A stretch of 61,199 nucleotides of DNA, from the NCBI GenBank assembly GCA_002633005.1, contig NMRA01001064.1, forward strand, positions 1 through 61,199, written 5' to 3'. The notes under the pieces were generated by a model. It was not told the origin of the DNA. It searched no databases and was given only the letters and a program-made list of their open reading frames with translations. How positions within the stretch are numbered: the first letter of the stretch is position 1; each line of letters opens with the position of its first letter. A program made the position numbers and the translations under genes. The stretch comes from Phoronis australis. Its lineage: Eukaryota > Animalia > Phoronida. Shown here in pieces: positions 39,595 to 51,565 of this stretch.

Positions 39595-39843
39595 GTCCCG
39601 TTCCAAGAAAACGGACTTGGCTTAGACAAATCTAAGATTTCAGCCAATTTCAAGATCAAATTTATTTTTTTCTCAAGTCCGTTTCAAGAAAGAAATCTCG
39701 AATTTGACTTAAATTTTTGAATTGGTTTTTGTCTTAATTTTGAATAACTTACCGGATTTGGAAGTCTCAAAGTTTGGAAGTTTAGAAGTTTAGTTAAATC
39801 TTAGACCTAGTCAGAAATGAACTTTGTCAGTTTGGAACGGCCC
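39595..39843. repeat. MITE-like element with CCGTTCCAA / TTGGAACGG ends
   Basis: Terminal inverted CCGTTCCAA and subterminal TCTAAGATTT / AAATCTTAGA. Confidence 0.5.
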
Positions 39844-41358
39844 AAGAACCTAATCATTTTGCGCAATAACACAAAACATGCGTAGGAACCACATGAGTAC
39901 CGAAACGATCATCTTCGATTATTAAAAAATGTCCTCGGCAGTACGTATGATTAGGACGAATTAACGATAACTGTTGATGGCACACTAGTCAGTACGCCTA
40001 ACTGGACAATCATGAACGAACGTTGAGTTTTCTATTTCCGACTACAGTTTGTGTGGGCATCACGGATTGTGTTGTTTGCTTCTAATATTAGACATGCCAC
40101 CTGGCGTCACCAAGGGAGAAATATGTCACAATTAATAATTAATTGATATATACCCATCGAAGCAAATTTATATCTACGATTCGAATAGTATGCACAACTT
40201 GGGGCATTACAACATTTCACTTGATCGCCTAAAAAAACCATCGACATCTTGGACCACCACTAACGTCATTTCAATCCAGCGTTGAGATTGATCTAGTTGA
40301 CACTGCGTGGGATTGTAAGAGAGACTAATGGAACATGCACTCTTCCAGATGCGAATAAGAAATGAAACAGCAAGGAACGTGTGACTTTTGATTTCTTATT
40401 CAATAAGCATCCATTTACTTATTCACCTCCACATGTCTTTGCTCGCGGCCGGACTAACCTTGCTCCTGCGCATTATTCTCTGTCTGTCGGCTCAACGGCC
40501 TGGGTGACGTCAGTCCGTCGGCTTAATTTCAATCTCTCCGGCTTCGGTCACGTATATACTTCTTCGACAAAGTTAATGATGTCATTAAAAAATAAAATTT
40601 TCCTTGAGTAATTGTAATTATTGGAAAAATTGGCGTTCTATCGTTATTTTGCTGCTAAAATTATGGAGGGCTCTTTTGAGTCGGCTTTCCGCGCCATTGC
40701 GTCACCTATTGGTCTCCGATTCTTCAATCAACACTGTTCTTCTCTTCCACGAGGTTGCGTACATGTCATAACAATCGGAATGGGTTTCATTTCTTTCATG
40801 GGCGTCCGCGAGAGGGGAATAGCACTTTTGTGCGCGGAAAGGCCTGGGTCGCGCGCAGGCACAGAACTATAGGTGCCTTGACACGGTATTAAATTTTCGA
40901 ATACCTCAGTCGGACCTCTGTCCAATAATTGGCTCCTACACTACTAGGAAACTAAAAACAGCGAATTGAAATCAAGTCGGTAACGTTTCTTGAGTCTACG
41001 AATATGCCTACATAATTCACTCGCAAACAAAAAAAATATCGAATGAACAGATTTCTTCTCTTGTGTATAATTGTGCGTAAAGTTATTACAAATTGTCAGC
41101 CTACGCATTATCACACGATCGACACAAAAGCTGTTCTCTCATGAATATTTAAAAATAACAACCAATAACTTGTCGTTACATGTACGCAACAATTCGTAAT
41201 TACCCAATCGAAACTTCATATTTGGATGGACAGTGGTTTTATCTCAAGACACGTGCGCGCTCAAGCAGCGACAAATTTGCTGACGTTTCCAACTGCACGA
41301 AACAATACCTTCTAATAAGCGCGTGGCTTTAGTCCCCACCTACCAACTAATGTAATGG

Positions 41359-41395
41359 TATATATATAAATAGCATCGACTTGGTTTTCCACTTT
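41359..41395 (+). promoter_or_regulatory. Candidate core promoter (TATA box + Inr) of the secreted-peptide gene
   Basis: TATATATATAAA at 41359-41370 and Inr-like CCACTTT with A at 41391, 26 nt after the start of TATAAA (41365). A strong AAG/GTGAGT donor follows at 41437/41438. Upstream: E-box CACGTG 41250-41255, CCAAT at 41162 and 41204, and CRE TGACGTCA 40505-40512. Confidence 0.6.
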
Positions 41396-41437
41396 ATGAA
41401 GACACCTGCACAAAGACTTGACGTACGACACTTCAAG
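41391..41437 (+). other. Putative first (mostly untranslated) exon of the secreted-peptide gene
   Basis: Lies between TATA/Inr and a consensus donor; the proposed partner acceptor is ttttcag at 44075. Contains an ATG at 41396 that is in frame after splicing. Confidence 0.55.
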
Positions 41438-42430
41438 GTGAGTTTTCTAGTGCTGAAATTTGCCATGGATCTTGTTTCACTGTACAAAACACAGGGTAAT
41501 TCTTCCGAAACAGATCCAGAACTTAAATGCCTCGAATTTATTTTCTAATAGTGTAAAGAATTTCGCAAATTGTCAAGTTTATTTAATGAACTCAAGCTGA
41601 TGTTGAATGTTTTTTAATGCTAGATTTTTCAGCGACATTCCAGTAGTTTTCTCGACGCATGTATCATTTAGTCCAATGGAGCTCTGAAGGTAGCCTAGTT
41701 CAGCTAATAAATCTTACAGCTATGAATTCAAGCCCTTTGCTGTAGGTGCTGAAAATATATCCCCAAACCACCATCTAAGAACAGCTCATGTGGGAAAACG
41801 GGCTACTCTGCGGAACACATCCGTCAACAGCGAAGTTGACACACTGCTGAAAAGCGATGATCAGCGACGTTGAGCAATCTTGTAGCAACTCGTGCTACGT
41901 CGTTGGTTCGCAATAGAATTGCGCGCGTTTGTGCGAAATTTTGGGTCCCTAGCTCAAGTAGAAAAAATATCATAAAAAGATTGTAGCCTGTTTCGGAAGG
42001 ATTCTATTTCAAGTATTTTTTATTTGATCATTTACCACTGTTGGATCATTTTTGTTGTGTTCTTCGCTAAGATATTTCTATAGTTCGAGTAAAAAGTTGC
42101 TCTTATATTTGCTTTAATTTTATCGTAGTTCATCTCAATGAGTTTGGACTCTAACATTAACTACCCATACAATCCCAAAATCGTTTTCTAATTTGAGCAA
42201 AGAACAAACGGAAACCAATATTGTAGCGGTAAGTAGTCTAATTAGGAAACGGCTAAGCGAAATTTAACTGGAATTAGTAATTTTCCACCCGAATAAAGTG
42301 AAAATGCCAAAATTCAATTACATTGTGTACGAAGTTCAGTTATCACAAGATGCGTCATACCTGTCATTTACATAAGCAAGCACAGGCTTTGTAAGCACGT
42401 GCTTCCTGTTAAAAGTTGACTCCTGCCTCC

Positions 42431-42578
42431 CGTTCAGTAACGCCATGACCTCGCTAAAAAGCAAGACTTCGGGAGATTACGTGAGATATTGCAGTGTATT
42501 TCAAATGAGAACACGTGACTTTGGCTAGATTTTAGCTAGGTCCTAGCGTAGGTCCTAACGTTACTGAACGCACGCCTG
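42431..42578 (+). repeat. MITE family C copy 2 (intron 1 of the peptide gene)
   Basis: CGTTCAGTAACG … CGTTACTGAACG inverted ends; shared core. Confidence 0.7.
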
Positions 42579-44084
42579 GTTCAGGCCATTAAACGCTAAA
42601 AAACAGTGCCGCTGTATTCCGTTTGTTATTGCTCCACACTAGGCTCATTGAGTTTCAGGTGACGGTGTGAACGTTTCAAGTCGGGCTCGAAATTTTGAGA
42701 TACTGGCACTTAGGATTTGTCTACCAGGCGAATTTTTGTAACCAATGACAAGAAGAAAACGATTCCGTTTTGGAACCGCAAATATACCTGGAACTAGAAA
42801 GTTTTAGACACCAGCATTGGTGTATAGCCGTTTTGAGGCTATACAAGACCTTATTGACAAGTCCGTGTATCAAGTCAAATGACTATTTACAAAACTGAAG
42901 ATTTTAACAAAGTAAAATTACACATTTTTGAAAGCAGAAAGCTTGTAGATCTTGAGAAGAAGAGAATGATGAACTTGGCGGCCACCGCGGGGAGAGGGAA
43001 ATTGGCACCGATCGGGTATCAAAGTGGTGGCTACGGGGGAGGGGGTAGTAAAATTGGTGTCAATCGGGGTGAGAATTGAGGAAATTGGTGGCGATAATGG
43101 GTGTGTGAAATTCTCCTACACCTATATTCGGGCAAGGCTATGTCGTGTGGCTCAGAAAACTCATACCCAAGTACGCCTAAGTTATTTTTTCTTCCGTCAT
43201 AGCGAATACATATCATTCCAACCAAGGTAGTGTCTTAGTTAACGAAATAATGTACAATCACTAGTAATGAACTTCGCATATAAAGAGAGGACAGTAGATA
43301 GCATTGGTATAGAGCAGGTAAACGCCTGCGTTTCTTGATTTAATTGAAAGAATTTTGTGTGAAAAGGCGGGTTCTTCGGCGTGTGGTCGCTTACTAAAAT
43401 GTATGATACTTAGTAATCCAACGTCTCCAAACGCTTCACTGAATGGATTTTTCGCTTTAAGACCCGGGTGTACAAAGCAGGAGGTTTAGGCTTTGATTAA
43501 AATTCAAGGCTTATAGCCCTTGTTTGGTTTTGATGGAGCATCCAAATTCCTTTTAGCAAAGACATTGCCATTTACAGTGTCAGCGGTGTGACCAGTCGAA
43601 TTTTTTTATTGTGATCTCCCGTGGGTAAGTGTACTGGAACTCACGGTGGTCACAATGTCTTTCACAACCGGATCCGCTTGACCTAGGAAATTTGTGTGAC
43701 TGTGATTATCCTTCTAAGAAATGTGAAAACGTTTGAATCATCACACGTTATATATTCTAGTAGTAATTTTTAAATTAATTTTAATTCATCATTCTTCGAT
43801 GTCTATACATATAAAATTGACGAATACAGTGAATTTGTTTATTCCAAATGGACGATAAATTGTCATTGTATAAGGCGTTACCATTCGTCGTTGTATTTGT
43901 AAGATCCCAGCAGGTAAAGTGCCCACATTCTTCTCGGCAAATTGGTCTTGAATTTCTGAATATCAAATGTTAGCCACAGATATTTTTAGTTCATTTGATT
44001 GCATAGCAAATGTGACTCTTTGAAACGTGTCCGTTGTCTTCTACATGTAACACATACCTTTGGTTCTGTTTTCAGTACCCAACA

Positions 44085-44231
44085 ATGCAATACTCACGTT
44101 TATCTCTTGTTTTATTCGTCATCTGCGCTGGCGCAGCGATGTCAGCGCCACTGGAAAATGTGTTTCCTGACAACGAACATACAGATCCAGTAGATAGCTG
44201 CTTATATAAATGCTACGGTTGTTTCTCAGAG
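44085..44231 (+). CDS. Secreted six-cysteine peptide (eclosion-hormone-like), coding exon 1: MQYSRLSLVLFVICAGAAMSAPLENVFPDNEHTDPVDSCLYKCYGCFSE
   Basis: Acceptor at 44075; ACAATG start context; signal peptide with AMS|AP cleavage-like site; C-x3-C-x2-C; GAG/gtgagc donor, phase 0. Confidence 0.85.
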
Positions 44232-44489
44232 GTGAGCTGAAACTTAAGCTACCCTAAATGTGTATTTAATGCAGTAATGTACAGTCAGCATCATCACAAC
44301 AAGAAGGTCGATGCACATCATAACATTTTGAACTAAGAACTCAAATGCTGTATTTGGTTTTAAATCATGTCATTTAAATAATAGAAATGGTGTATATTTT
44401 GAGACTGATGTTTTCTCTTCAAGTCAGCGCGTGCGGCTGCAGCTTCCATAATATTAGTATTCCATTTCCTGTTCACCACTGGCGTAGCT

Positions 44490-44569
44490 CAGGGTAGAGT
44501 TCTGTAACGCTAGGACCTCGCTAAAAAGCAAGACTTCGCGAGATTACGTGAGATTTTGCCGTGTATTTT
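44490..44569 (+). repeat. MITE family C copy 3, partial (intron 2 of the peptide gene)
   Basis: GACCTCGCTAAAAAGCAAGACTTCGCGAGATTACGTGAGAT, nearly identical to copy 2. Confidence 0.7.
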
Positions 44570-46834
44570 ATTAATTGCACCACAGCTACACTTTTTAGAA
44601 CAATTGGCAAAGTTTTAATAGAACTTCAGTGAACTGAGGTACAACCCAGCTCACACCTGGTAGACGAGGATCAACAGATGAAAGAACCACAACTGTTGAA
44701 ATCTCCAAAATAGGGTTTAATATCGTCAGATCTGGCTGAAATTTTAGTACCGAGTCATTTCTTCACGCTATTTTCTTATCTGATCGATTAGGTTTTAAAG
44801 AAGAAATATCGATTTAATGCCGAATTAATATCTCCAATCCAACAAGTAACGGGATAAATGCCAGCCCCTAATCTTCCGTGTGTCCCGGACTTTGTCAGTT
44901 GTCTGGCGTCCTTTTAAGGCGATTTTGACCTATACAACTTTATCAGCCGAACTTGGTAAATTTATAAGCAATGCAAAACCCGCTGCACACCACACAACAA
45001 ATCTCGCCTCTATTCAACTGTCAAAACGAGTCGCGTTGCGCAGTATGCTACGGTTTACAACCTAACTCAATTAAGAGCGTTAATTTTACGTAATTGTATC
45101 AACCAGTGGCCCGATTTATCAAAGATTGCATAAAGCTGTCATCTTGTCAGCTCACGTGAAGGATTAACGCGCGATATTCAATAATTGCTTACAAATAAAC
45201 GCGTATAATTAATATAATTACTGAGCTGTTTAGAAGTTGGCCTCAATTGGTTTGGTTTAACGACAACTACTTACATCCTGTGCAGTCTGACACAGAATGC
45301 AAAACGAAAGGACGACATCACAGGCAATGAAACATCATATCACTTATCTCTTATCAATTATCCGGTTAGGAATAACAAATTATTTAAGTATCAATCTTTA
45401 CTGGACTTGTTAGAATCTCAAGCTACCTTTCGTCTGCTTTAATCATTTCTTCAAGCATCTACGACACCTGGTGGTGTGTGTTGGCCTTGAGGCAAAGAGG
45501 GTTTAATCCCAACCAATATCTGTTTTAGCTGCCGTAAACAATACACTCCTTCACACTATATTCAAACCAATTTTTCACTTTTAGAGTAAAGCCAGGTAGT
45601 CCAGGTCAAAAGATAACCTGATGCCTCACCGACTGGGTGAACACGGCTGAGGTATTATCCGTGCTTATGGCCTTGGGCGGTTTCTCCTGTAATTCACCAT
45701 TCCAGCCTCGGCCATCAGTCACAAGTTTCCTGGTGTGCGCTAATAAGGTCTCGACTTGCGAGGTTTTCTGTGGTCTTGATTTCCTCGCAAGAAACTTTAA
45801 TGCTCTTTTACTAGCCGCACACGAAGCAGCAAGTGCTGCGCTGTCAGTGTATGTGGATGTTGGTCGAAGCTGGGTCGCAGATGTTTGAAAGAAGTGAACT
45901 CTGGTTTTTAAACAAAAAACATGAACTGGGTTTTAACCCTTGAAATACGTAAGACCTCGAGTGTTCATAGTTCCCAACCGTTCGTCTCATCATCGATACA
46001 CGCCACCACCAGGTGTCGCCAAAATCGTTTGTGGCCGACGAAACGAACACCATGCCATATGCGTGTAGTTTTCGGGAATTCTCAGCATCGACTCTTGTAT
46101 AACTATTTTGACAAGCACAAGCTCCAGTCTTGAACAGTGCAGCAAAATAATGTTACCTTATTACGTTGAAGGTACTCCTTAACAAGGCTGCAGTTACGAC
46201 ATACTCGTGGACAATGATAACTTCGCAACACGTGCCGTCAGTTTTGCTGACAACAAAATACTAGCTTCAAAATTATCTTGCGCATTTTTTTATTCTATTG
46301 AAATCAACTACACCATAACGAAAATCAGCCTCTGCGAACGCGAATAACTTTCTGTTCGTGACAAGTCGTTCATCAAAAAATGACGTTACACTTTGTTAGC
46401 TCATTTCAGCTATTACAAATGCAACTCACTGTTAAGGAAAAACTGACAACGTCTCCGAATAAAGAAGGATTTCGAATTGTAAACCGATTTTCTATTTCCT
46501 GATTGGCCATCGTTATCAGCATTCACATACATGGGGCAATAATGCGTAGAGGGATTTAAGCGGGTTCCCGTGTGTACGACCAAAACGCCGCCGGCAAGGT
46601 GTTTTAGGGGTTCAGGCGGACAAGTACCTTCGGAAGTTGTGATTGGACCCCTCTTACGATACCCAGAATTTGCCAGTGTTAAACAAATAGTATCAATAAA
46701 TTTAACAATAAAACAATGCTGATGTCTACGATATACTTATTACCGCTTTTATTATCATTTACCACTCCAGCTTCTTCGTTTGTGTTGCTATAAATAAGTG
46801 GTCTCCTGAGTGTTCTTTTGTTCTCATGTTTCAG

Positions 46835-46963
46835 GACGCAGACGTGTTATTTTGCGCCAATTACGTCTGCCTTGGTATAATTGCGGATTCTATGAACGAA
46901 GTAGTGCCATCTTATACAATCAGGACGTGTCGGTCCTTTAACAAATGGATGAAGAGAATATAA
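46835..46963 (+). CDS. Secreted six-cysteine peptide, coding exon 2: DADVLFCANYVCLGIIADSMNEVVPSYTIRTCRSFNKWMKRI*
   Basis: Long pyrimidine tract + tttcag, phase 0; supplies the other three Cys; TAA at 46961-46963. Confidence 0.8.
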   Translation, partial: DADVLFCANYVCLGIIADSMNEVVPSYTIRTCRSFNKWMKRI

Positions 46964-47892
46964 AGCAACGTCTGTGTACTGATGACTCTCCTAAATTTCC
47001 TCGTTGGTACGAAAGTATCCAATTTCGCACAATGAGGAACGAGGCAGTAACTTGAGATAGCCATTTTTCTATAATTACGTCATTGGTGTTTGTTTTTTTT
47101 TATTATTTGAGCAACCTTTTGGGGTCGTTTTAAGCAGTGAGCTGTGTATAGTGCAGTATAAAATCATAATTTAAGATGCTGAATTCCGTATTTTAGAATT
47201 ATTAACATAAACGCAGTGTTTTTACTCAGAAATCTCCCTAACTTGAATCTGTAAATGGCCAGTGATAACAAATTTATTAAAAACTTAGATGGTGACGTCT
47301 TGTTTGTGTTTTATTCTGCTCAGTTGCACCAGGTTCTCTTACACTTGCCACCATCGCATACAAGAAGATAAAGCTTTGAGAAACATGCTCTGTATTCGAC
47401 ATACATCTCTTACACTTCTCAAACACAGCCTCCTTATACGTGTCATGCATTCAAATTGTATGCAAAAATTTTGGACGATTGAATCAAAGACTTTCGAGAA
47501 ATCGACATAGTACCAACAAGCATGTATGTACTTCCACGCCATTGTCATCAAATTTCTTAGGATCTAACCATAAGATGAAGAAAAAAGAAAATTAAGTCGA
47601 CACTTGTCGTACTATAATTTTCGAAAATGTTATTCATGTTGTATGTAAACTAATAATCAACGACTTCACACAAACGGCGTCGGCTGACGCGTTTGTTTAA
47701 TGTACTAGTGCGCAGGATTCTGGCGCAGTTATGATAGTATTACATTTTCCTTCTTTTTTTAAATTCTCAGATTTTCCTTATTTCTATTTTGTGATTGGTG
47801 TGCGGTACATACTCACTACTAGTGATTCAAAATTTTCCAAATGTTTATTTTTGTTGAACTTCACTTGTCTGCAACACTAGCTTGTTTAAGTG

Positions 47893-47898
47893 AATAAA
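47893..47898 (+). terminator. Candidate polyadenylation signal of the secreted-peptide gene
   Basis: AATAAA about 930 nt after the stop, following an AU-rich 3'UTR-like stretch. Confidence 0.4.
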
Positions 47899-48207
47899 GT
47901 TTACAGTAGAGCAAAATCAGCTCAGAAAGCAGGCAACAGAATGATGAATCGCAACATTAGGTGATACCTTTATGAAGTCGTCTTTTGAAAAATCTCAAAT
48001 CAATGAAGACTTCCCTCCAAAATGTATTCTAAATTTAGTAGCCACTGTACCAACGTAGACAAATCCCAAAACAATACATTAACAGGAATATTGGTGTTTA
48101 GTCTGATTTAATGTTTGTATTCCTTCGGGCCATGTCACTCCATTGCTTTGATGTACGAGTCCATGTGAATCATTCTTTAACATCTTTTACCGCAGTCTTG
48201 TGTCGCT

Positions 48208-48404
48208 GGCCAAATGGGTGAACGTTACGCGCGTAACTTACGGGCGTAAATTAATTCTTGTTAGAGGCGTAAAGTATTTTTGCAGCGCACAAAGTTACTT
48301 TACCCCACAAATAATTATTTTATCCCGCAAATAATTACTTTACGCCTCTAACAAGAATTAGTTTACGCACGTAATTTACGTGTGTAACGTTCACTCATTT
48401 GACC
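48208..48404. repeat. Palindromic MITE with ~65-bp inverted arms
   Basis: CAAATGGGTGAACGTTAC…TAATTCTTGTTAGAGGCGTAAAGTA mirrored by TACTTTACGCCTCTAACAAGAATTA…GTAACGTTCACTCATTTG. Confidence 0.85.
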
Positions 48405-50663
48405 CACGATAGTCTTGTATCGTAAGTGTGAGACGTTTTAAAGGGTACAAGCCCAACGCCCCCGATACAAATTTTCAAATAAGCATCTCCGACATGTGCC
48501 CCAACTGCAAGGGTATCGAGAGAAATCTGCGTTACAAACAAATGTCGACATCTTACACTTAGTTTCCAGTGGGAAAAGAATTAACGAGACTAGACGGCAT
48601 TCACTTATATACACCGTCACAAGTGCTTCCCCAGTACATAGTACAGTGAACTGCCCACAGGGGTGCCGTGCGTCCACCTTTCGATATCAAAACTGTAAGA
48701 TATTTTAAGAAGGTTCCAAGGCACACTTGTAGAGAATGTAAGGACATGAGGGGTTATGTAAGATCGCACATCATTTTATTTTCCCAGAAGTACCTCCCTT
48801 TGCTCCAACGAATTAGCAGCGGCCGTATGAACCTCATAAAAAGGTGGTGACAGACAGACACTCTGCTCCCTCCATTTATGTTTGCGAATTCCGGAAGAGG
48901 CAGGCTTTTCCTATACGAGGTCATTGTTAGTCCCAATACGCGTATTAAAACACATGTATTATACTGAGTAAGTTTGCCAATTAATCCACGCTTTATTCAT
49001 GAGATTGGTTACATGTTTTGAAATAACAAAATCCGATCTGTCATTTCGCTACGTAAGCGAACTCCCGAAGGTATCAGCCAGCTCCAACCTGATATTGCAA
49101 TAGCGCATAATACAAGCTTATATCTCCTCGTCATTCAAATATCAGAGTACCTCTGCGTTGAGACCGTTCATGAAAACAAAAACGAAAATGGAATCTGTTT
49201 ATGACAACTGAAAAATTCGAAACAATTTTCTGTTTAATTTTTTGAGAGAAAATAGAAACTGAAATTCGAAAGTTTTTTAATTTCACCAGGACAAAATCAC
49301 GAATGGACAACTGTCTGGATTTTATAAACAAAAAGTTAGCTAAGCCTTTAATGAGAAAGAATCATTTTTACTGTCATTTTTGATTGAATTACGATTTTCT
49401 GCGACGTACATTTAATTCCGGGATTCTAATGAATTACGCATGCGTCACTCGATCGGAAGTGACGTTCACATCCCAATCATTCCCACGCCAGGTTTGTTTA
49501 CATGCAATTCGGATGATATATCATCAGTATTTTCCTTCTTTGCTTCGTCGTCACTTGTTAGAAGCGTTTTAACACGCAAAGCGTCGCGAGCTGCAGCTGC
49601 CGTTGTGAGTCAAGGCAACCCCAGCGTACAAGGCCAGCCAGCAGTAGAGATTCACCATGTGTGATTCTTGTTTCGTTAGTTGTCTAATGCGGCCTTATTT
49701 CCCTCCGCTGTAGATGAAACGATGGCTATATCCCACACAATTGATTTCTAGTTCAGTCTAGGATTGTCCGAGAATACTCTTCAAAGACAAACAATTATGG
49801 CATTTTTTTAGGAAAATAGTATACAATCAGCAGATGTCCCCACAAAGGAGGCCGGAAATATCTAGGGCCGCGAACGTCACTTCCGGAGTTACGCATGCAC
49901 ATTAAATTAGAACCCGGGAAATCACGTTACTTGGAAATTTATTCAGGACAAACAGAAAATCGTAATTTAGTCAAAAGTGACACAAAAACTGTTGCCTATT
50001 CCTTTAAGCTCATTTTAAAAACAAAAAAAACTAAGGGGATTTATGGTGGCTCATTTTACAGAGTCTATAAAAACTGTGCGGGGATGGCAATGTAAGGACA
50101 CTGCGAACGTTTGTAATTCGGAAATTGTGGTTGGTACCCTCTCGAGACATCCTCGGATCTCCAAAGTCAAGTACATCGCCAATCGAATTGCTACTTCTGT
50201 AATTAGTGAAAGACTCGGGAAGTCGTGCTGATCAGGAGCTAGCGTAATTAAAAATACGTCAGAATCGACGCTGAGCACAATCATTCATTAGCAGTTAAGT
50301 CACAATTCTCTTAATTAAACTGCGTGCTAATTTGAAGTGAAGCGTACTTCTTGCTACTGATTACAGATATATGCTCATCTTTAAGACTAATTAAAACCTC
50401 AAAACATTCCGTAGATCTTTCTAGGATCCTAAATGTATGTATTAACCATAAGTCAATCGTTTTAATAAATGACTGAAAGTAGGTAGGCGTTAGAAACGCG
50501 TTTGTATTGGAGGAAAAATTCTTAAAGCGACATTAAGCACGTACTTTCCGTAAAAAAAAAAACAAGTTTTGATTTAGATTAATCACCGTTATGAAACTTT
50601 TCCTTTGTGAAAATAAGTTTGGTTTGTGGGCTCACAGTTCATTTTCTCTTCGGGATAAGCCCA

Positions 50664-51015
50664 TTAAAGAGGCGTGGAACGAGAAAAAAAGAGACTAAAT
50701 TGCATTATTTAAAGTCTGTGGTTTCCTGCTACTGAAACAGAATTCAACCTGTCGATTTTTCTCCCACAAGGCAAACTACGTCTCTTTACTTGGTATGGTA
50801 AGACATAAACGTAACACATTACCTTATATGGAAAATGTGACCTTTGAACTTTGATGTAAACTAAACAATGGCGACTTCAAGCAGCAGCCACTCCGTTTAA
50901 GAGGCAATTAAGTAAGTTCTAACTACTTAAAATTAATTATAAAGGCATCGTAATATTCAAATATATTCTAAAATGCACTTTCAGTTCTTTTTGGGAAATC
51001 GTTTGCTGCACTGGC
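50664..51015 (+). mobile_element. Kolobok-type MITE, family A copy 3 (internal deletion, 3'-truncated)
   Basis: TTAA-AGAGGCGTGGAACGAGAAAA left end; shared interior up to GAAATCGTTTGCTGCACTGGC. Confidence 0.75.
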
Positions 51016-51091
51016 TGTGTTATCCGGGACGGCCTGTTCATGAAAACTGAACACCCTGCGTGGCGACTCAAACGAGGGCACAGTCACCCTC

Positions 51092-51343
51092 TTGCTCGGA
51101 TTAGTTGACGTTTTCGTAACTTGCTCAGTAGGTCACCACTTCTAGTTTTAATTTCATTTTCCTAAAACTCAACAGAAAAATTCACGCTTTCACAGTAAGT
51201 GAAACTTGTCAAACTCTGACCAAAAAGTCAGAAAAAGTATCTTTACCGAAACATGAAATACGTCTGCTGCACTTCATCGACCAATCTGAAAACACACGGT
51301 TTCACATTGTTTCAAGGAGTTATTCAATTGCTTTCGACACTCT
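51092..51343 (-). repeat. Dispersed repeat family D copy 3 (inverted)
   Basis: TTTTCGTAACTTGCTCAGT…GTCACCACTT and CGTCTGC…GCACTTCATCGACCA are reverse complements of copy 2 segments. Confidence 0.65.
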
Positions 51344-51502
51344 CCAAAGTAAAGCTCATGATTCCAACCCTGGTCGTGTAAAAGGGTGAACGTTGTGTGC
51401 AAATGAGGGTTTCTCAGGAGAAAGGAAACTGAAAAATCTCAGCGAGTGACCTGTGGATGATTTTGATCGCGAGAAGAAATCAACGAGACAGGTGGATATA
51501 TA

Positions 51503-51565
51503 TGTGCGTGCGTGTGCGTGCGTGTGCGTGCGTGTGCGCGCGTGTGCGTGTGTGTTCGTGTGTGT
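51503..51565. repeat. Compound (GTGC/GT)n microsatellite
   Basis: Read directly. Confidence 0.9.

Noticed and set aside
45844-46053. Fibronectin type III-like fragment (SYVFQGLKPSS)
   Set aside because: Only a short motif matches; no full FN3 pattern or splice sites.
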